64,000 nt of DNA from Eledone cirrhosa (GCA_964016885.1 OZ024766.1:13826001-13890000); one strand, 5' to 3'; positions 36,602-50,570 are shown, numbered from the stretch's first letter. Notes: generated from the letters alone by a model not told the origin. A program made the numbers and translations.

Positions 36602-39271
36602 ACTCCGTCCTAGTCAGGATGCGTGACAGACAGGATGTGCAGTGTGTTCGTGTTCTTCGTGGAGCTGAGTGCTGGACGGACCACCGCCTGGTACGCGCAA
36701 AAGTGAAACTAATCACCAAACGTAAAATCCGGGCTCCTGGTGTTGCCCTGCCCAAAAGATTGAATGCTGCTCGTCTTAAGGATAAAAATGTGAAGAGGAC
36801 ATTGGAAGAAGAGATGCAGGCTGCAGATCTTGGTGAGGATTGGCCTACCCTTAAAAAGTCGGTTTATGATGTAGGCAGGCGTGTTCTGGGATTGGTGCAG
36901 AGAAAACATCAGGACTGGTTTAATGAGAATGATGTACATATAGAAGACTTGTTAGCTGATAAGAGGCGTGCTCTGTCACGCTACTTGACGGCAAAACCAC
37001 AGGAGAGGAATACGTTGCATGAGGAACTCAGGGATGTAAAATCACGTGTTAGGCGGAGTCTTTCTCAGATGAAGGATCAGTGGTGGAGTGAGAAGGCTGG
37101 TGAGATACAAACTGCGTCTGATTGCAATAACACAAAGCTGTTGTACAGTCTCTTGCGTGAGGTTTATGGACCGTCTTCTTCTCTGGTGACACCGCTTCGC
37201 AGTAAGGATGGCAAAGAACTTCTTCGTGACTCACAGGGAATTCTATGAAGGTGGCGAGAGCACTTTGATGATCTTTTGAATCGGCCGTCTGTCGTCAGTG
37301 AAGATTTCCTCAATCTCATTCCAGAAAGTCCTGTGAAAGTAGCTCTCGCAGAACCTCCGACGCTTGTGGAGGTTGCAGTGGCTATTTCGAAGCTGAACAG
37401 TGGAAGATCTCCAGGTATGGATGGCATACATGCTGAGCTCCTACAATATGGTGGTGAGAGACTCCTGCAACATCTTCACTCTCTGTTTGGAAGGATATGG
37501 GCTAATGAATCCGTGCCTGAGGACTGGAGAGATGCAGTAATGGTGGTCTTGTACAAGGGAAAGGGTAACAGGAATGATTGTGGGAACTACAGAGGTATAT
37601 CATTGCTTTCTGTCGTAGGGAAAGTTTTATGTAGGGTGCTTCTGGACCGTCTGCTGACACACATTGCAGATTGTGTCCTTCCTGAAAGTCAATCTGGTTT
37701 TCGTGCTGGACGCGGCACTACTGATATGATCTTCTCAGCTAGACAGCTCCAGGAGAAGTGCATGGAACAAGGCTTGGATCTGTATCAGGTTTTTGTCGAT
37801 CTGACAAAGGCTTTCGATACTGTCAACAGAGATGCATTATGGAAGGTTCTCCAGAAACTTGGTTGCCCTGATAAGTTCCTTGCTTTAGTTAGTGAAACAG
37901 GGGGATATTCCAGCACCGACCCTGTTTGCCATATACTTTGCAATGGTTTTCTGTATTGCATTCAGGAATTGCGAGCATGGTGTTTACATCCGATATCGAA
38001 CCTCAGGCAGCATATTTAACATCAGGCGCTTTGCGGCGAAGACAAAAGTATTTACATCAGTCATAAGAGACCTCTTGTATGCAGATGATTGCGATCTTGT
38101 AGCGCACACAGAGAGTGATATGCAGCACATTTTGAATGTATTTTCTGACGCTTGCACTGCCCTGGGTTTGACTGTCAGTCTCAAGAAAACCGTCGTCATG
38201 TACGAACCTGCCCCTAGTAAGCAGTACACTGAACCAAACATCTATGTGTATGGCAAACGACTTGGAGTGGTTGATCAGTTTGTCTACCTGGGAAGCACTG
38301 TCAATCGATACGGCAACCTTGACAGTGAAATCTCACTTAGGATTAGGAAAGCAAGTGATGCTTTCGGAAAGCTAGAAAGGCGACTCTGGGGTCGGCGAGA
38401 CATATGCAGGAGGACAAAGGTAAAGGTGTACAGGGCATGTGTACTCTCTTGTCTTCTTTATGCCTGCGAGACCTGGGTCACATATCGACGCCACCTTAAG
38501 CAATTGGAGCGTTTCCATCAGATGTGTCTCAGACGGATCCATGGCGTTCACTGGAGGGACCACATCAGTGATGTCGAGATTTTGGAAAGCTCTATGTGTG
38601 ACAGTATAGAAGCTCTTGTGCTTAAGCAACGACTCCGTTGGAGTGGTCACCTTGCCAGGATGAAGATGAAGGATTCTAGAATACCAAAACAACTCTTCTA
38701 TGGAGAGTTGGTTAAAGGAAAACGACTGCCACATAAACCAAAAAAGAGGTATAAGGATTCCTTGAAAGCCTCTCTGAAAGACGCTAACATCTCTGCTGAT
38801 ACATGGGAAAATATTGCTGCTGATCGTAATAAATGGAGAAAGACTGTATATGAGGGAAAAGTTGCCTTTGAGGCATCTCGAATCGCACACGAGAAAGTAA
38901 AGCGGGATGTGAGGAAGGGCATTGCTGTTGCACTTCCAGACGGCGAGGGTCCTCCTATGGTGCTGACATGCAGCGTCTGTGCGAGACTCTGCCTAAGCAA
39001 AGCTGGACTCGAAAGTCATCTTCGCAGTCATAAAGTAAGACCAGTGGTTGACTACCAGGCTGCTGTTGGAGATGCTACTCATCATGCTTGCCAAACATGT
39101 GGTAGAGAATGTAAATCAGCAGGAGGACTCAAGCGACATGCAAAAGTACATGAACTCCAACCACAGCCGACTATTCCCAGTGAATGTTTTGGTTGCCGAC
39201 TCTGTGCAAGACATTTTAGATCATTGGCTGGGCTAAAAAGCCACATTCGATCGCAGCACTGTTAGTTGCTA

Positions 39272-39311
<40 letters not shown>

Positions 39312-39515
39312 GCTTATGTGCGTGCGTGTGTGTATATATATATGAATATGTATATTATTATTATTGTTGTCATTATTATTATTGCTATTATTATTATTAT
39401 TATTATTATTATTGTTATTAATGTATGTGTGTGTGTATATGTGTGAGTGTATGTGTATGTATGTGTGTATGTATATATGTATGTATGTATGTATATATAT
39501 ATATATATATTTCTT

Positions 39516-39548
<33 letters not shown>

Positions 39549-39606
39549 TTTTTACTTTTTCTTCTCGTGCAATGGCCATACTCGATAACGAGGGGGCAGC
39601 CATCAT
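36602..39606 (+). mobile_element. 3' part of RTE/BovB-like LINE with three C-terminal C2H2 zinc fingers
   Basis: WTDHRL, NYRGISLLS, FVDLTKAFD, LLYADD and LRWSGHLAR; stop at 37246; deletion near 37890; terminal ctcgataacgagggggcagccatcat. Confidence 0.93.
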
Positions 39607-39917
39607 ATATATGTATACAGACGTACAGTAGTATGTATATATATACATACATGCACACATATATATATGCACGTATCAGTTTACCGAACATTTATTATAA
39701 TGTTCGGTTTATTTGTTTGTAAACAAACAAACAGCCCGAATTACGCCGTACAGTGTTTAGGCAACCACGTCACCTTCGTTTCATTCTATTCCATTTATCG
39801 TTTTCGGTGTGCCCGGCCGACTGAACTCACTCAATATGCAAATTAGGCTGCTCAGCCGTTAATATGCATAAGGAAAGTATATACTTTCAGATGTTCAACC
39901 ATCTAGCAGGAAGGTAT

Positions 39918-39960
39918 ACGGTGCTGACGATAGCTAATAAGCTTGAAATTAGTACATCGT
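39918..39960 (+). ncRNA. Hammerhead motif, 442-bp family
   Basis: Stem I ACGGTG/CATCGT, CTGACGA, AGCT/AGCT stem II, GAAA ttag TA. Confidence 0.68.
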
Positions 39961-40171
39961 TCCTGTGTCAGGGTTGAACAAAAAGGTGACGTGGTTGCCT
40001 AAACACTGTACGGCGTAATTCGGGCTGTTTACAAACAAACAAACCGGACATTATAATAAATGTTCAGTAAACCGATACGTGCATATATATATGTGTGCAT
40101 GTATGTATATATATACATACTACTGTACGTCTGTATACATATATGTATGTACGTATACATACATACATACT

Positions 40172-40222
<51 letters not shown>

Positions 40223-40226
40223 ATAC

Positions 40227-40259
<33 letters not shown>

Positions 40260-40387
40260 ATTATATAGAACAATAAAACATGGCACTAGATGTTCAACCC
40301 AAGACCTTATGATTGAGAACAGCACACCTGTAACCTCTAAGCTATATATCTTCACACAGACTTTCTGATAAAGACAGAAGTACCCAC

Positions 40388-40525
40388 CTGACTGACAGTT
40401 GTCTCCCCTGAAACCAGCTGCACATCCAACACTAGAACACACCCCAGATTTAATGTCGCAATGATCGTTGTCAGCACAGTAGCACAAATACTGACAGTTC
40501 AAGCCAAAATAACCCTTTTTACATT
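40388..40525 (-). CDS. Duplicated EGF exon (His-to-Tyr variant of the 34262 exon)
   Basis: Intact CAG acceptor and GT donor; 138 bp; YLCYCADNDHC. Confidence 0.88.
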
Positions 40526-41182
40526 CTGAAAAAAAAAAAAAAAAAGAAAATAGAATTATATACACAACATATATATAAAATAACACATATATACAATTAT
40601 ACACAGCTATAACATACATATACACAATTATACATAACTATAATGCCAATGTGCGTGAATGACCAAGCATAGACGAGTTGAGAAAGAAACTGGGTATAAG
40701 AGGGATAAGTTGTGGTGTGCAGGAGAGAAGGCTGAGCTGAGATGGTATGGACATGTGATGCGCATGGAGGATGACCGCTGGGTAAAGAAGTGCCAAGAAA
40801 TCCCAGTAGAAGGAAGACGCAGTAGAGGTAGACCATGAAAAACATGGGCGGAGGTGGTGAGAGAAGACCTCAAATTGCTGAAACTCACGGAGGAGATGAC
40901 AAGGGACCGTGACGAATGAAGAGATGCCATGCTTAATAAGACCCGTCCCACCCTTGCAAGCAGGGAAAAGCGGACGTAAAATGATGATGATGATGATAAT
41001 AATAAAATTATTGTGTACAGTGCTCAGGTGCACTACAACTCATCAATGGTGAATGTATAGTACATTAGTGAACAGACAGTGAACAATGTATGAGTCATGA
41101 GATACACACAGACACATGCATGCGTGTGTATGGAGGGGGAATATCAGGTGTAGTGTTGGCGCAAAAAAAAAATAAAAGGAAA

Positions 41183-41240
41183 TGCTTACAGCACCTAGGT
41201 TTCTCAAGTGGTTTCCCATCTAAGTACTAACTAGGCTCGA
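41183..41240 (-). pseudogene. 5S rRNA 3'-half fragment, duplicate
   Basis: Same sequence as 35070-35127. Confidence 0.8.
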
Positions 41241-42578
41241 GTCAAGATATATGTGTGTGTGTGTATGTATGTATGGAGGGGGAATATCAGGTGCAGGGTT
41301 GGCGAATTTCAGGCAACATGGAGGTTTTAAAGGATGCAGTGTCCTGGCAGCTAACAACTGATGCAGGTAGTTTGTTCCATGCTTCAGTGAATTTCAGGAA
41401 GCATGGAGGTTTTAAAGGATGCAGTGACCTGGCAGCACACAACTGATGCGGGTAGTTTGTTCCATGCTTCAGCAAATTTTTATATATATTGATTGACCAA
41501 CAGTTAAAAAATATAAATATAAATATAGTTTCTCAGAGTTTTTTCATCACACATCTGTGACATCATCAGTGATATTTCTATGCTTGTCATATTCCTGTGA
41601 TGTTTTCTTATTCTATTTTATTTATTTGCAGTAGTTCCAACGTAAAAGACTTTCATAATAGTTGATCACTATAAATAACAGTTAGGAAAACCAGATAAAG
41701 TACATGTGGAGATAGAAAGAAGTAGACGGAGGGTCCTGTAAGGAACAGGTGCAAGTTTGCTTCCTTGCAAATACTTCTGTCTACATCTACCTTTCTCCTG
41801 AGATACTTTACTACCCACATTAACCTGTCACCTGTGGTCCATTACTGTCCACCAGGAATAATAATTGTTTCTACTTTAGGCACAAGGTCAGCAATTATCC
41901 CAGTGTATTACTGGTACTTTATTTTATCGACCCCGTAAGGATGAAAGGCAAAGTTAACTTCGGTGGGATTTGAACTCAGATTGTAAAGGGACATAACTAT
42001 GCTGGAAAGCACGGCATCCGACTCTCTACTGATACTGCCATAATACAGTTATACTAGTTAGAAGTAGAAATAAAAGACTATTAAACATATGTAGTCATTA
42101 ATAATATAGTTATACTAGTTAGTAGTAAAAGTGAAAGAGTAATACACCTATGTAGTCATTAATAATATAGTTATACTAGTTAGTAGTAAAAGTAAAAGAG
42201 TAATAAACCTATGTAGTCATTAATAATATAGTTATACTAGTTAGTAGTAAAAGTAAAAGAGTATTAAACATATGTAGTCATTAATAATATAGTTATACTA
42301 GTTAGTAGTAAAAGTGAAAGAGTAATAAACCTATGTAGTCATTAATAATATAGTTATACTAGTTAGTAGTAAAAATAAAAGAGTATTAAACATATGTAGC
42401 CATTAATAATATAGTTATACTAGTTAGTAGTAAAAGTAAAAGAGTAATAAACCTATGTAGACATTAACAATATAGTTATACTAGTTAGTAGTAAAAGTAA
42501 AAGAGTAATAAACCTATGTAGACATTAATAATATAGTTATACTAGTTAGTAGTAAACGTAAAAGAGTATTAAACCAAC

Positions 42579-42716
42579 CAGTTTGACAATCAGTTCCTAT
42601 ATAGCCTGGTTCACAGTTGCCCTCTTCACAAACACCATTGGTTCTGTTGCAGTATTTACTTTCTTCACAATGACAAACCTTTTGACAGTTAGACCCAAAA
42701 GTATTGCTTGGACAGA
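42579..42716 (-). CDS. EGF-like exon of the same host gene (not in ORF track)
   Basis: cctttatttcatccag acceptor; 138 bp, phase 1-1; CPSNTFGSNCQKVCHCEESKYCNRTNGVCEEGNCEPGYIGTDCQT; donor G|GTTGGT. Confidence 0.9.
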
Positions 42717-42954
42717 CTGGATGAAATAAAGGATCAAACAGAAATTTAGTAAATTTAACCCTTTAGCATTTACATTACTTTATATATATATACTATTGTA
42801 TTTTTACAGTAAACACTTTATCACATATTATGGAATCTACGAGATTTTGATGATGATATTATTTATTTTGAGAAGAATACCTTAATGTCAGTATTGGTGA
42901 CCGGTTATTGAAAGAAGTCAATATATAACCCTTTAGCATTTACATTACTCATAG

Positions 42955-43150
42955 ACATTCAATGTAGAAGAGAACTGGGAGTTCCTAAAAAATAACTTAC
43001 TAGAGGCGACGGATGAGGTCTGTGGCTGCAGTAAGACCTCAAGCAGGAGGAGAGTGACTTGGTGGTGGAACAATAAGGTATATGAGGCAGTTAAGGCCAA
43101 GAGACAGGCATGGAAAGAATGGAAGAATGGGGGGAGCAGGGTACATTACA
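42955..43150 (+). mobile_element. Internal RTE fragment
   Basis: Homologous to 47935-48125 (RRVTWWWN...QAWKEW). Confidence 0.8.
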
Positions 43151-43154
43151 TAGA

Positions 43155-43400
43155 GACCAAGTACAACCTGTCTCATGGTCGGGTCGTTGGCGACTAAACT
43201 GGCAACCCCACCAAGGTTTCTTGGTGAGGAGGGTGACTTTGGACATCCTGCAGGACTAAAAACAAAACCTGTCAAAGGGCAAAGGAGCTCTTAAGAGTCA
43301 ATGGCCATCCAAAATCACCGGGAGAGATGACCCCTTAGCCTTTGTCAAGGCAGAATTCTAGGAGAAGGAAAACTCTGATATAACACCTGCAACCCTGATG
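43155..43400 (+). mobile_element. Probable RTE 5' UTR fragment
   Basis: gggtcgttggcgactaaactggcaacccc and ctaggagaaggaaaactctga resemble RTE 5' UTR motifs (recalled, not searched). Confidence 0.5.
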
Positions 43401-43519
43401 GTATCCAATGATGTTGACTTGTTCTTCTTTTTGGTAAATATAATCTTGGTTAAGAGAGTGGGACTGGCTTTGTGCAGTGCCTTTGCTCACTATAAAAGCT
43501 TCACGGCACAGGCATTGCT

Positions 43520-43730
43520 TTATATCTGGAGATCTCTCTGCACTTGTCGTCACATGGTACCATGGGCCCAGCACTATGTGTCAGTAATTGTCACAAGTGT
43601 AGTGTTTGTACCAGAGTTTTCAAGTCGCTGGCTCGACTAAAAAGTCACACTCGTTCAGCGCATCGGTAGGGGTTCTCCTACATGGATATAAAGTAGTGGC
43701 CGTACTCGAAAACGAGTTGGCAGCCACCAT
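43520..43730 (+). mobile_element. 3' end of zinc-finger RTE subfamily
   Basis: [22 protein letters not shown]; terminal ctcgaaaacgagttggcagccaccat similar to 39580-39606. Confidence 0.75.
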
Positions 43731-43864
43731 ATATATACATATATACATGTATGTATATATATACATGCATGTATATATATATATACATATATACATGTAT
43801 GTATATATACATATATACACGTATGCATATATATACATGTATGTATATATATATATATACATAT

Positions 43865-43895
<31 letters not shown>

Positions 43896-44040
43896 CATAT
43901 ATACACGTATGTATATATATACATGTATGTATATATATATATACATATATACATGTATATATATATATATACATGTATATATATACGTGTATATATATAT
44001 ATATACATGTATATATATATATACATGTATATATATATAT

Positions 44041-44071
<31 letters not shown>

Positions 44072-44190
44072 CATACATGTATATACATATATACATGTAT
44101 ATATATATATATATACATACATGTATATATATATATACATGTAGATATATATATACATGTAGATATATACATACATGTATATATATATAT

Positions 44191-44235
<45 letters not shown>

Positions 44236-44243
44236 CATACATG

Positions 44244-44283
<40 letters not shown>

Positions 44284-44287
44284 CATG

Positions 44288-44319
<32 letters not shown>

Positions 44320-44563
44320 CATACATGTATATATAAATATATATATATATATACATGTATATTATATATATACATGTATATATATATATGTATATATATA
44401 TATATACATGTATATATATATATGTATGTATGTATATATATATATACATGTATATATATATATATACATGTATATATATATATACATGTATATATATATA
44501 TACATGTATATATATATATACACGTATATATATATACATGTATATATATATATGTATATATAT
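43730..44563. repeat. (TA)n/TACATG compound microsatellite
   Basis: Direct observation. Confidence 0.97.
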
Positions 44564-44634
44564 AATCAAGGTTTAGCAAATAATGAAAACGTTTCAAAAT
44601 AAATTTTAAAAAATTAACTTTACTTACTATAGTT

Positions 44635-44718
44635 ACCTTTACCGAATCGGTTTCGAATCTCAAAAATAAACGGAGACCATACAGCCTTCGTTGCAAAGAA
44701 AGATTCTCGTCAGAAGGT
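44635..44718 (-). ncRNA. Canonical type I hammerhead ribozyme
   Basis: ACCTT CTGACGA GAATCT..(~40 nt)..AGATTC GAAA CCG att CGG TA AAGGT; all three stems pair; GUA cleavage between 44640 and 44639. Confidence 0.85.
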
Positions 44719-44767
44719 TCTTTATACATGTATATATATACATGTATATATATATATATATATATAT

Positions 44768-45390
44768 GTCTCTACTTTTGCCCGACCACACCTTGAATAC
44801 TGTTGTCCACTGTGGTCTCCCCAAACGAAACAAAGTATCATGAAACTTGAAGCTCTCCAAAGGGCAATCACGAAAAAGATAGATGGCATGTCAGACCTTG
44901 ACTACTGGGGTCGACTAGAAAAGCTGAAACTTTACTCACTCCAACGTCGCCGTGAGCGTTATATTATCTGCATGATCTGGAAAATGTTTCATCAGCACTG
45001 CCCAAATGATGTTGGCATCACCTTCAAAATACACCCAAGGCTTGGGCCCCGTGCTATCCGTCCCAAACAAAAATCTAAATCGCAACTCATAACAACAATA
45101 CGGCACAATTATTTCACCTCAATCGGCCCTGCTCTCTTCAACATCACACCAGGACACGTCAAAACAGAAACTGACCACACAAAATTCAAGAAGTCTTTGG
45201 ACAAATTCCTCCAAGTAATCCTGGACAAACCACCCACACCCGGATATGTCTCCGCAAACAGTAATTCTCTTCTCGAATGGGCCATGTTGCCCAAATCCTG
45301 AATTGAAAGACTTCGCCAGGTGGTGCTATTAAGTTAGACATGGCCTGGGCCAATACTGGCCAAAACATTTCAAAGTTATTCAAAGTTATA
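44768..45390 (+). mobile_element. CR1-clade LINE 3' fragment
   Basis: PHLEYCCPLWSP...LEALQR...YWGRLEKLKLYSLQRRRER. Confidence 0.88.
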
Positions 45391-45579
45391 CATGTATATA
45401 TATATATGTGTATATATACATGTTTATATATATGTATATATATATATACATGTATATACATGTATATATATATCATCATCATCATCATCATCACCGTTTT
45501 ACGTCCGTTCTTCCACGCTAGCATGGGTTAGACGGGTTGTCCTGTTGTGGGCAGTGTCTGGTCGGCTGACCATGCCTTG

Positions 45580-46278
<699 letters not shown>

Positions 46279-46485
46279 ATGGTGGCTGCCAACTCGTTTT
46301 CGAGTACGGCCACTACTTTATATCCATGTAGGAGAACCCCTACCGATGCGCTGAACGAGTGTGACTTTTTAGTCCAGCCAGCGACTTGAAAACTCTGGTA
46401 CAAACACTACACCTGTGACAATTATTGACACATAGTGCTGGGCCCATGGTACCATGTGACGACAAGTGCAGAGAGATCTCCAGAT
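46279..46485 (-). mobile_element. Inverted copy of the zinc-finger RTE 3' end
   Basis: Near-identical reverse complement of 43524-43730. Confidence 0.85.
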
Positions 46486-46677
46486 CATATATACATATAT
46501 ATATATACATATATATATATACATATATATATATACATGTATATATATATACATATATATATATATACATGTATATATATATACATATATATATATACAT
46601 ATATATATACATGTATATCTATATACATATATATATATATACATGTATATATATATACATATATATATATATACATG

Positions 46678-46717
<40 letters not shown>

Positions 46718-46754
46718 CATATATATATACATGTATATATATATATATATATAT

Positions 46755-47083
46755 GGAGGCACATGGCTTAGTGGTTTGAGCATTGGCCTTGCAATCGAAA
46801 GGTTGTGAGTTCAATTCTCAGACCGGATGATGTGTTGTTTCCTTGAGCAAGACACTTTATTTCACATTGCTCCAGTTTACTCAGCTGTAGAAATGAGATG
46901 ATAGGGACTGGAGTCCCTATCATTCCACTATAAAGTGGTCGTGGAGGTGCCACGGCAAAAAAGCACCCAGCACTCACTGTAAATGAGGTTGGTGTTAGGA
47001 AGGGCATCCAGCTGTAGAAATCAAGCCAGAATCAGTTCCCGTCCCACCCTTGCAAGCAGGGTAAAAGCGGACGTAAAATGAAT
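46755..47083 (+). mobile_element. Full-length tRNA/CORE-like SINE with RTE tail
   Basis: A box tggcttagtgg, B box gagttcaattc, ccttgagcaagacactttatttcac, tail cccacccttgcaagcagggtaaaagcggacgtaaaatga. Confidence 0.87.
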
Positions 47084-47128
47084 ACATATACATGTATATA
47101 TATATACATGTATATATATATATACATG

Positions 47129-47171
<43 letters not shown>

Positions 47172-47613
47172 GTATATATATATATCTATATATATATATA
47201 CATGTATGTATATATACATGTATATATATATCTATATATATATATATACATGTATGTATATATACATGTGTATATATATATATATATACATGTATGTATA
47301 TACGCATCTATAAATGTCTTGTTACGGGGGACTAAACCCAGAATTTGTCTACTATTATTGATGGTCGCTTGTTCAGTTTTCTTCTACGAAATGTAACGTA
47401 CATATTTCATTTTCTTCTCAACTCTCCACATTCGGTTCATTCATCTATATATCTTACAATCCCCCAGAATCAAAATAATCGTATTCAAAATTGGCTTTCT
47501 ATAATTCTGTTCTGTCTCACCGTTGTTCTAAAAATAATTCTGCTCCTCGCAAACTACCCCTCCCGCCCCCACTCTCCACCTTATTATTTGGACCAATCAC
47601 AAGTAAACGACAA

Positions 47614-50570
47614 GTAACACTAACTTCAAAAAACGAGAAAATCACTTGATCACCTACAGATCAGAGGATCATACCAGCCAGGTAGATTATATCCTTACCA
47701 GAAGACGTGACAGAGTGTCTGTTGTAAACACTAAATCCCTCCCCCATGAAGAATGCACCTCCCAACATAGACTGATAATTAGCGACCTCATAGTCAGGAC
47801 GAGACGTACTCGACAGCAGAAGAGGACTATCCTCAGGAGAAAAATATGGAAGCTAAAGGACCCCACAGCCAGAAATAAATTTCAAAGCATATTACTTGAT
47901 GCTTTCGACAGTAAGGAAGAGCATTTAGAGTCGTACAATATAGAGGAACAGTGGGAATTCCTGAAAGCAAACCTGCTGATGGCGGCAGACGAAGTCTGTG
48001 GCCGGAGCAGGCCTGTAGGCAGGAGGAGAGTAATATGGTGGTGGAACAGTAAGGTGGAGGAGTCAATTAAGGCCAAAAAGCAGGCTTGGAAAGTATGGCG
48101 GGATGGGGGAAGTAGAGAAGACTATCAAGTGGCCAGGAGGGAAGCTAGGAGACAAGTGTACTTCGCAAGAAGGGAAGCAGAGGAAAGAAAGTTCAAGCAT
48201 GTTCTACAACGCGAGGACCAAAAACGTGAGGTGTTCAGGATTGCTAGACAATGTGTCAAGGAAAACCGTGATATTGTTGGGGAGAAGTGTGTACTAAATG
48301 ATGATCGTGTACTCGCCATCACTGACGCTGATAAGAAGGTCGCTTGGACGGGGCACTACGAAAGGCTACTAAATGAGGAGAATAAATGGGAGAAAGACAG
48401 TCTCCCCCACATCGACCCAATAGAGGGACTAGCAGTGTTAGTCGAGGGTAGTATAATAAGTAAGGCAATCAAAGATATGAAGACGCGTAAGGCGGCTGGG
48501 CCTTCGGAAATAGTTGCTGAGATGCAAGGGTAAAGGAAACGCCCTAGATAGGAGTAACTATAGAGGCATTAAATTAATCGACCAGGTCATGAAGGTCACG
48601 GAAAAAGTAATAGTGCAACTAATCAGAGAGAGAATCGATCTAGATGAAATGCAATTCGGGTTTGTGTCAGGCAAAAGTACCACAGACGCTCTTTTCATTG
48701 TACCACAACTACAGGAGAAGTACCTAGCTAAAAGTAAACCCCTATACTTAGCCTTTGTCGACTTGGAGAAAGCCTTCGACAGAGTCCCCCGTTCCATTAT
48801 CTGGTGGGCTCTTAGAAAACTAGGTGTTGATGAATGGCTTGTGAGAGCTATACAAGCCATGTATAAAGAAACAGTGAGCAAGGTTAGAATTAACAACGAA
48901 TATAGTGAAGAGTTTAGCGTAAAAGTTGGTGTCCATCAGGGTTCTGTTCTTAGCCCCCTATTTATTATTGCCCTTCAGGCTATAACAGAGGAGTTCAAGA
49001 CCGGCTGCCCATGGGAACTCCTATACGCAGATGCTCTAACGCTCATAGCTGAATCAATAGCCGAGCTAGAGAAGAAATTCCAAACATGGAAGCACGGCCT
49101 AGAATCAAAAGACCTTAAAATTAACCTAGCTAAGACTAAAGTTCTAGTTTGTAGGAAAGAAAATAAGGCGCCGGTCCCTTCCGGGAAATGGCCATGCTCA
49201 GTGTGTAGGAAAGGCGTAGGTAGAAACTCCCTTTTATGTCCCAAATGCAAAGTATGGGTGCATAAAAGATGTAGTGGGATCACAGGTAAGCTAACTAAGA
49301 ACACAGATTTTACATGTGGCCGGTGCTCTGGTGCAATAAGTAGCAGCAAGTGCCCATCAAAATACTAGCTCTTTCAATTGCGCAGAGAGTTCTATAGAAA
49401 TAGTGGACAGCTTCCGTTACCTGGGTGACAAAATCAGCAGTGGGGGAGGGTGCTCTGAAAGTACAGTAGCTAGAGTCAGAACTAGAGAGGAACGAAGCTT
49501 GCATGCTCCACTGGATGTGTAATAGTAATATACGTGAACAGCAAAGCATAAACGAACTAAGGAAAAAATTAGAAATAAGAGGGATCAGATGTTGTTTACT
49601 CGAGAGAAGGCTACGTTGGTATGGTCACGTGATGCGCATGAAAGACGACAGCTGTATAGCAAAGTGCAGGGCAATAAAGATAGATGGTAGCCACGGAGTA
49701 GGCAGACCCAGAAAAACCTGGGACGAGCTGATAAGTTCCGACCTCACACACTTACACCTCTCCAAGACAATGTCACTGGACCGAGACCTTTGGCGGTACT
49801 CAGTAATAGAGAAGACCCGCCTTACCTAAATACAAAGTAAAACCTACTACAGTCAGTAGGCATCTCTAACAAAATACACCCCCGTCCCACCACCCCCACT
49901 CCATCCACACCGCCCCTTTCAATGTAAAGTTATGTTGGTGCCACAACATCCAGGCCAAAACAAATGAGATCGTGTAGGTGTCACGACAAAAAAACACACA
50001 GTCCACGCTGTAATGTGGCCGTGTAGGAAACACGGTAAAAACCTCCCAGCCCCACACTGTAAATGTGGTTGGTGTTAGGAAGGGCATCCAGCTGTAGAAA
50101 ACCCGCCAGACAGTCCACGCTGTAATGTGGCCGTGTAGGAAAACACGGTAAAAACCTCACAGCCCCACACTGTAAATGTGGTTGGTGTTAGGAAGGGCAT
50201 TCAACAGTCAGTAGGCATCTCTAACAAAATACACCCCCGTCCCACCACCCCCACTCCATCCACACCGCCCCTTTCAATGTAAAGTTATGTTGGTGCCACA
50301 ACATCCAGTCCTAAATAAATGAGGTTGTGTAGTTGTCACGACAAAAAAACACAGTCCACACTGTAATGTGGCCATGTAGGTAACACGGTAAAAACCACCC
50401 AGTTCCACACTGTAAACGTGGTTGGTGTTAGGAAGGGTACCCAGCCATAGAAAACCCGCCAGACAGTCCTATGTGAGCAAGACAACCACTCTTGCCTCAA
50501 GTGGGAAAACTCCCGTCCAAACCCATGCAAGCGTGGACCATGGACGTTAAACGATGATGATGATGATGAT
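47614..50570 (+). mobile_element. 5'-truncated RTE LINE (PHD family) with internal deletions
   Basis: ORFs 47646-49829 nearly identical to the 23658..26108 protein; deletions near 48525 and 49485; YADD changed to YADA. Confidence 0.95.

Larger units (their letters stand above)
39607..42567. repeat. 2.9-kb direct duplication, copy 2
   Basis: Matches 33487-36350. Confidence 0.95.

Noticed and set aside
46755-46830. tRNA gene
   Set aside because: A and B boxes are present, but the sequence continues into a SINE body and LINE tail with no clean cloverleaf.
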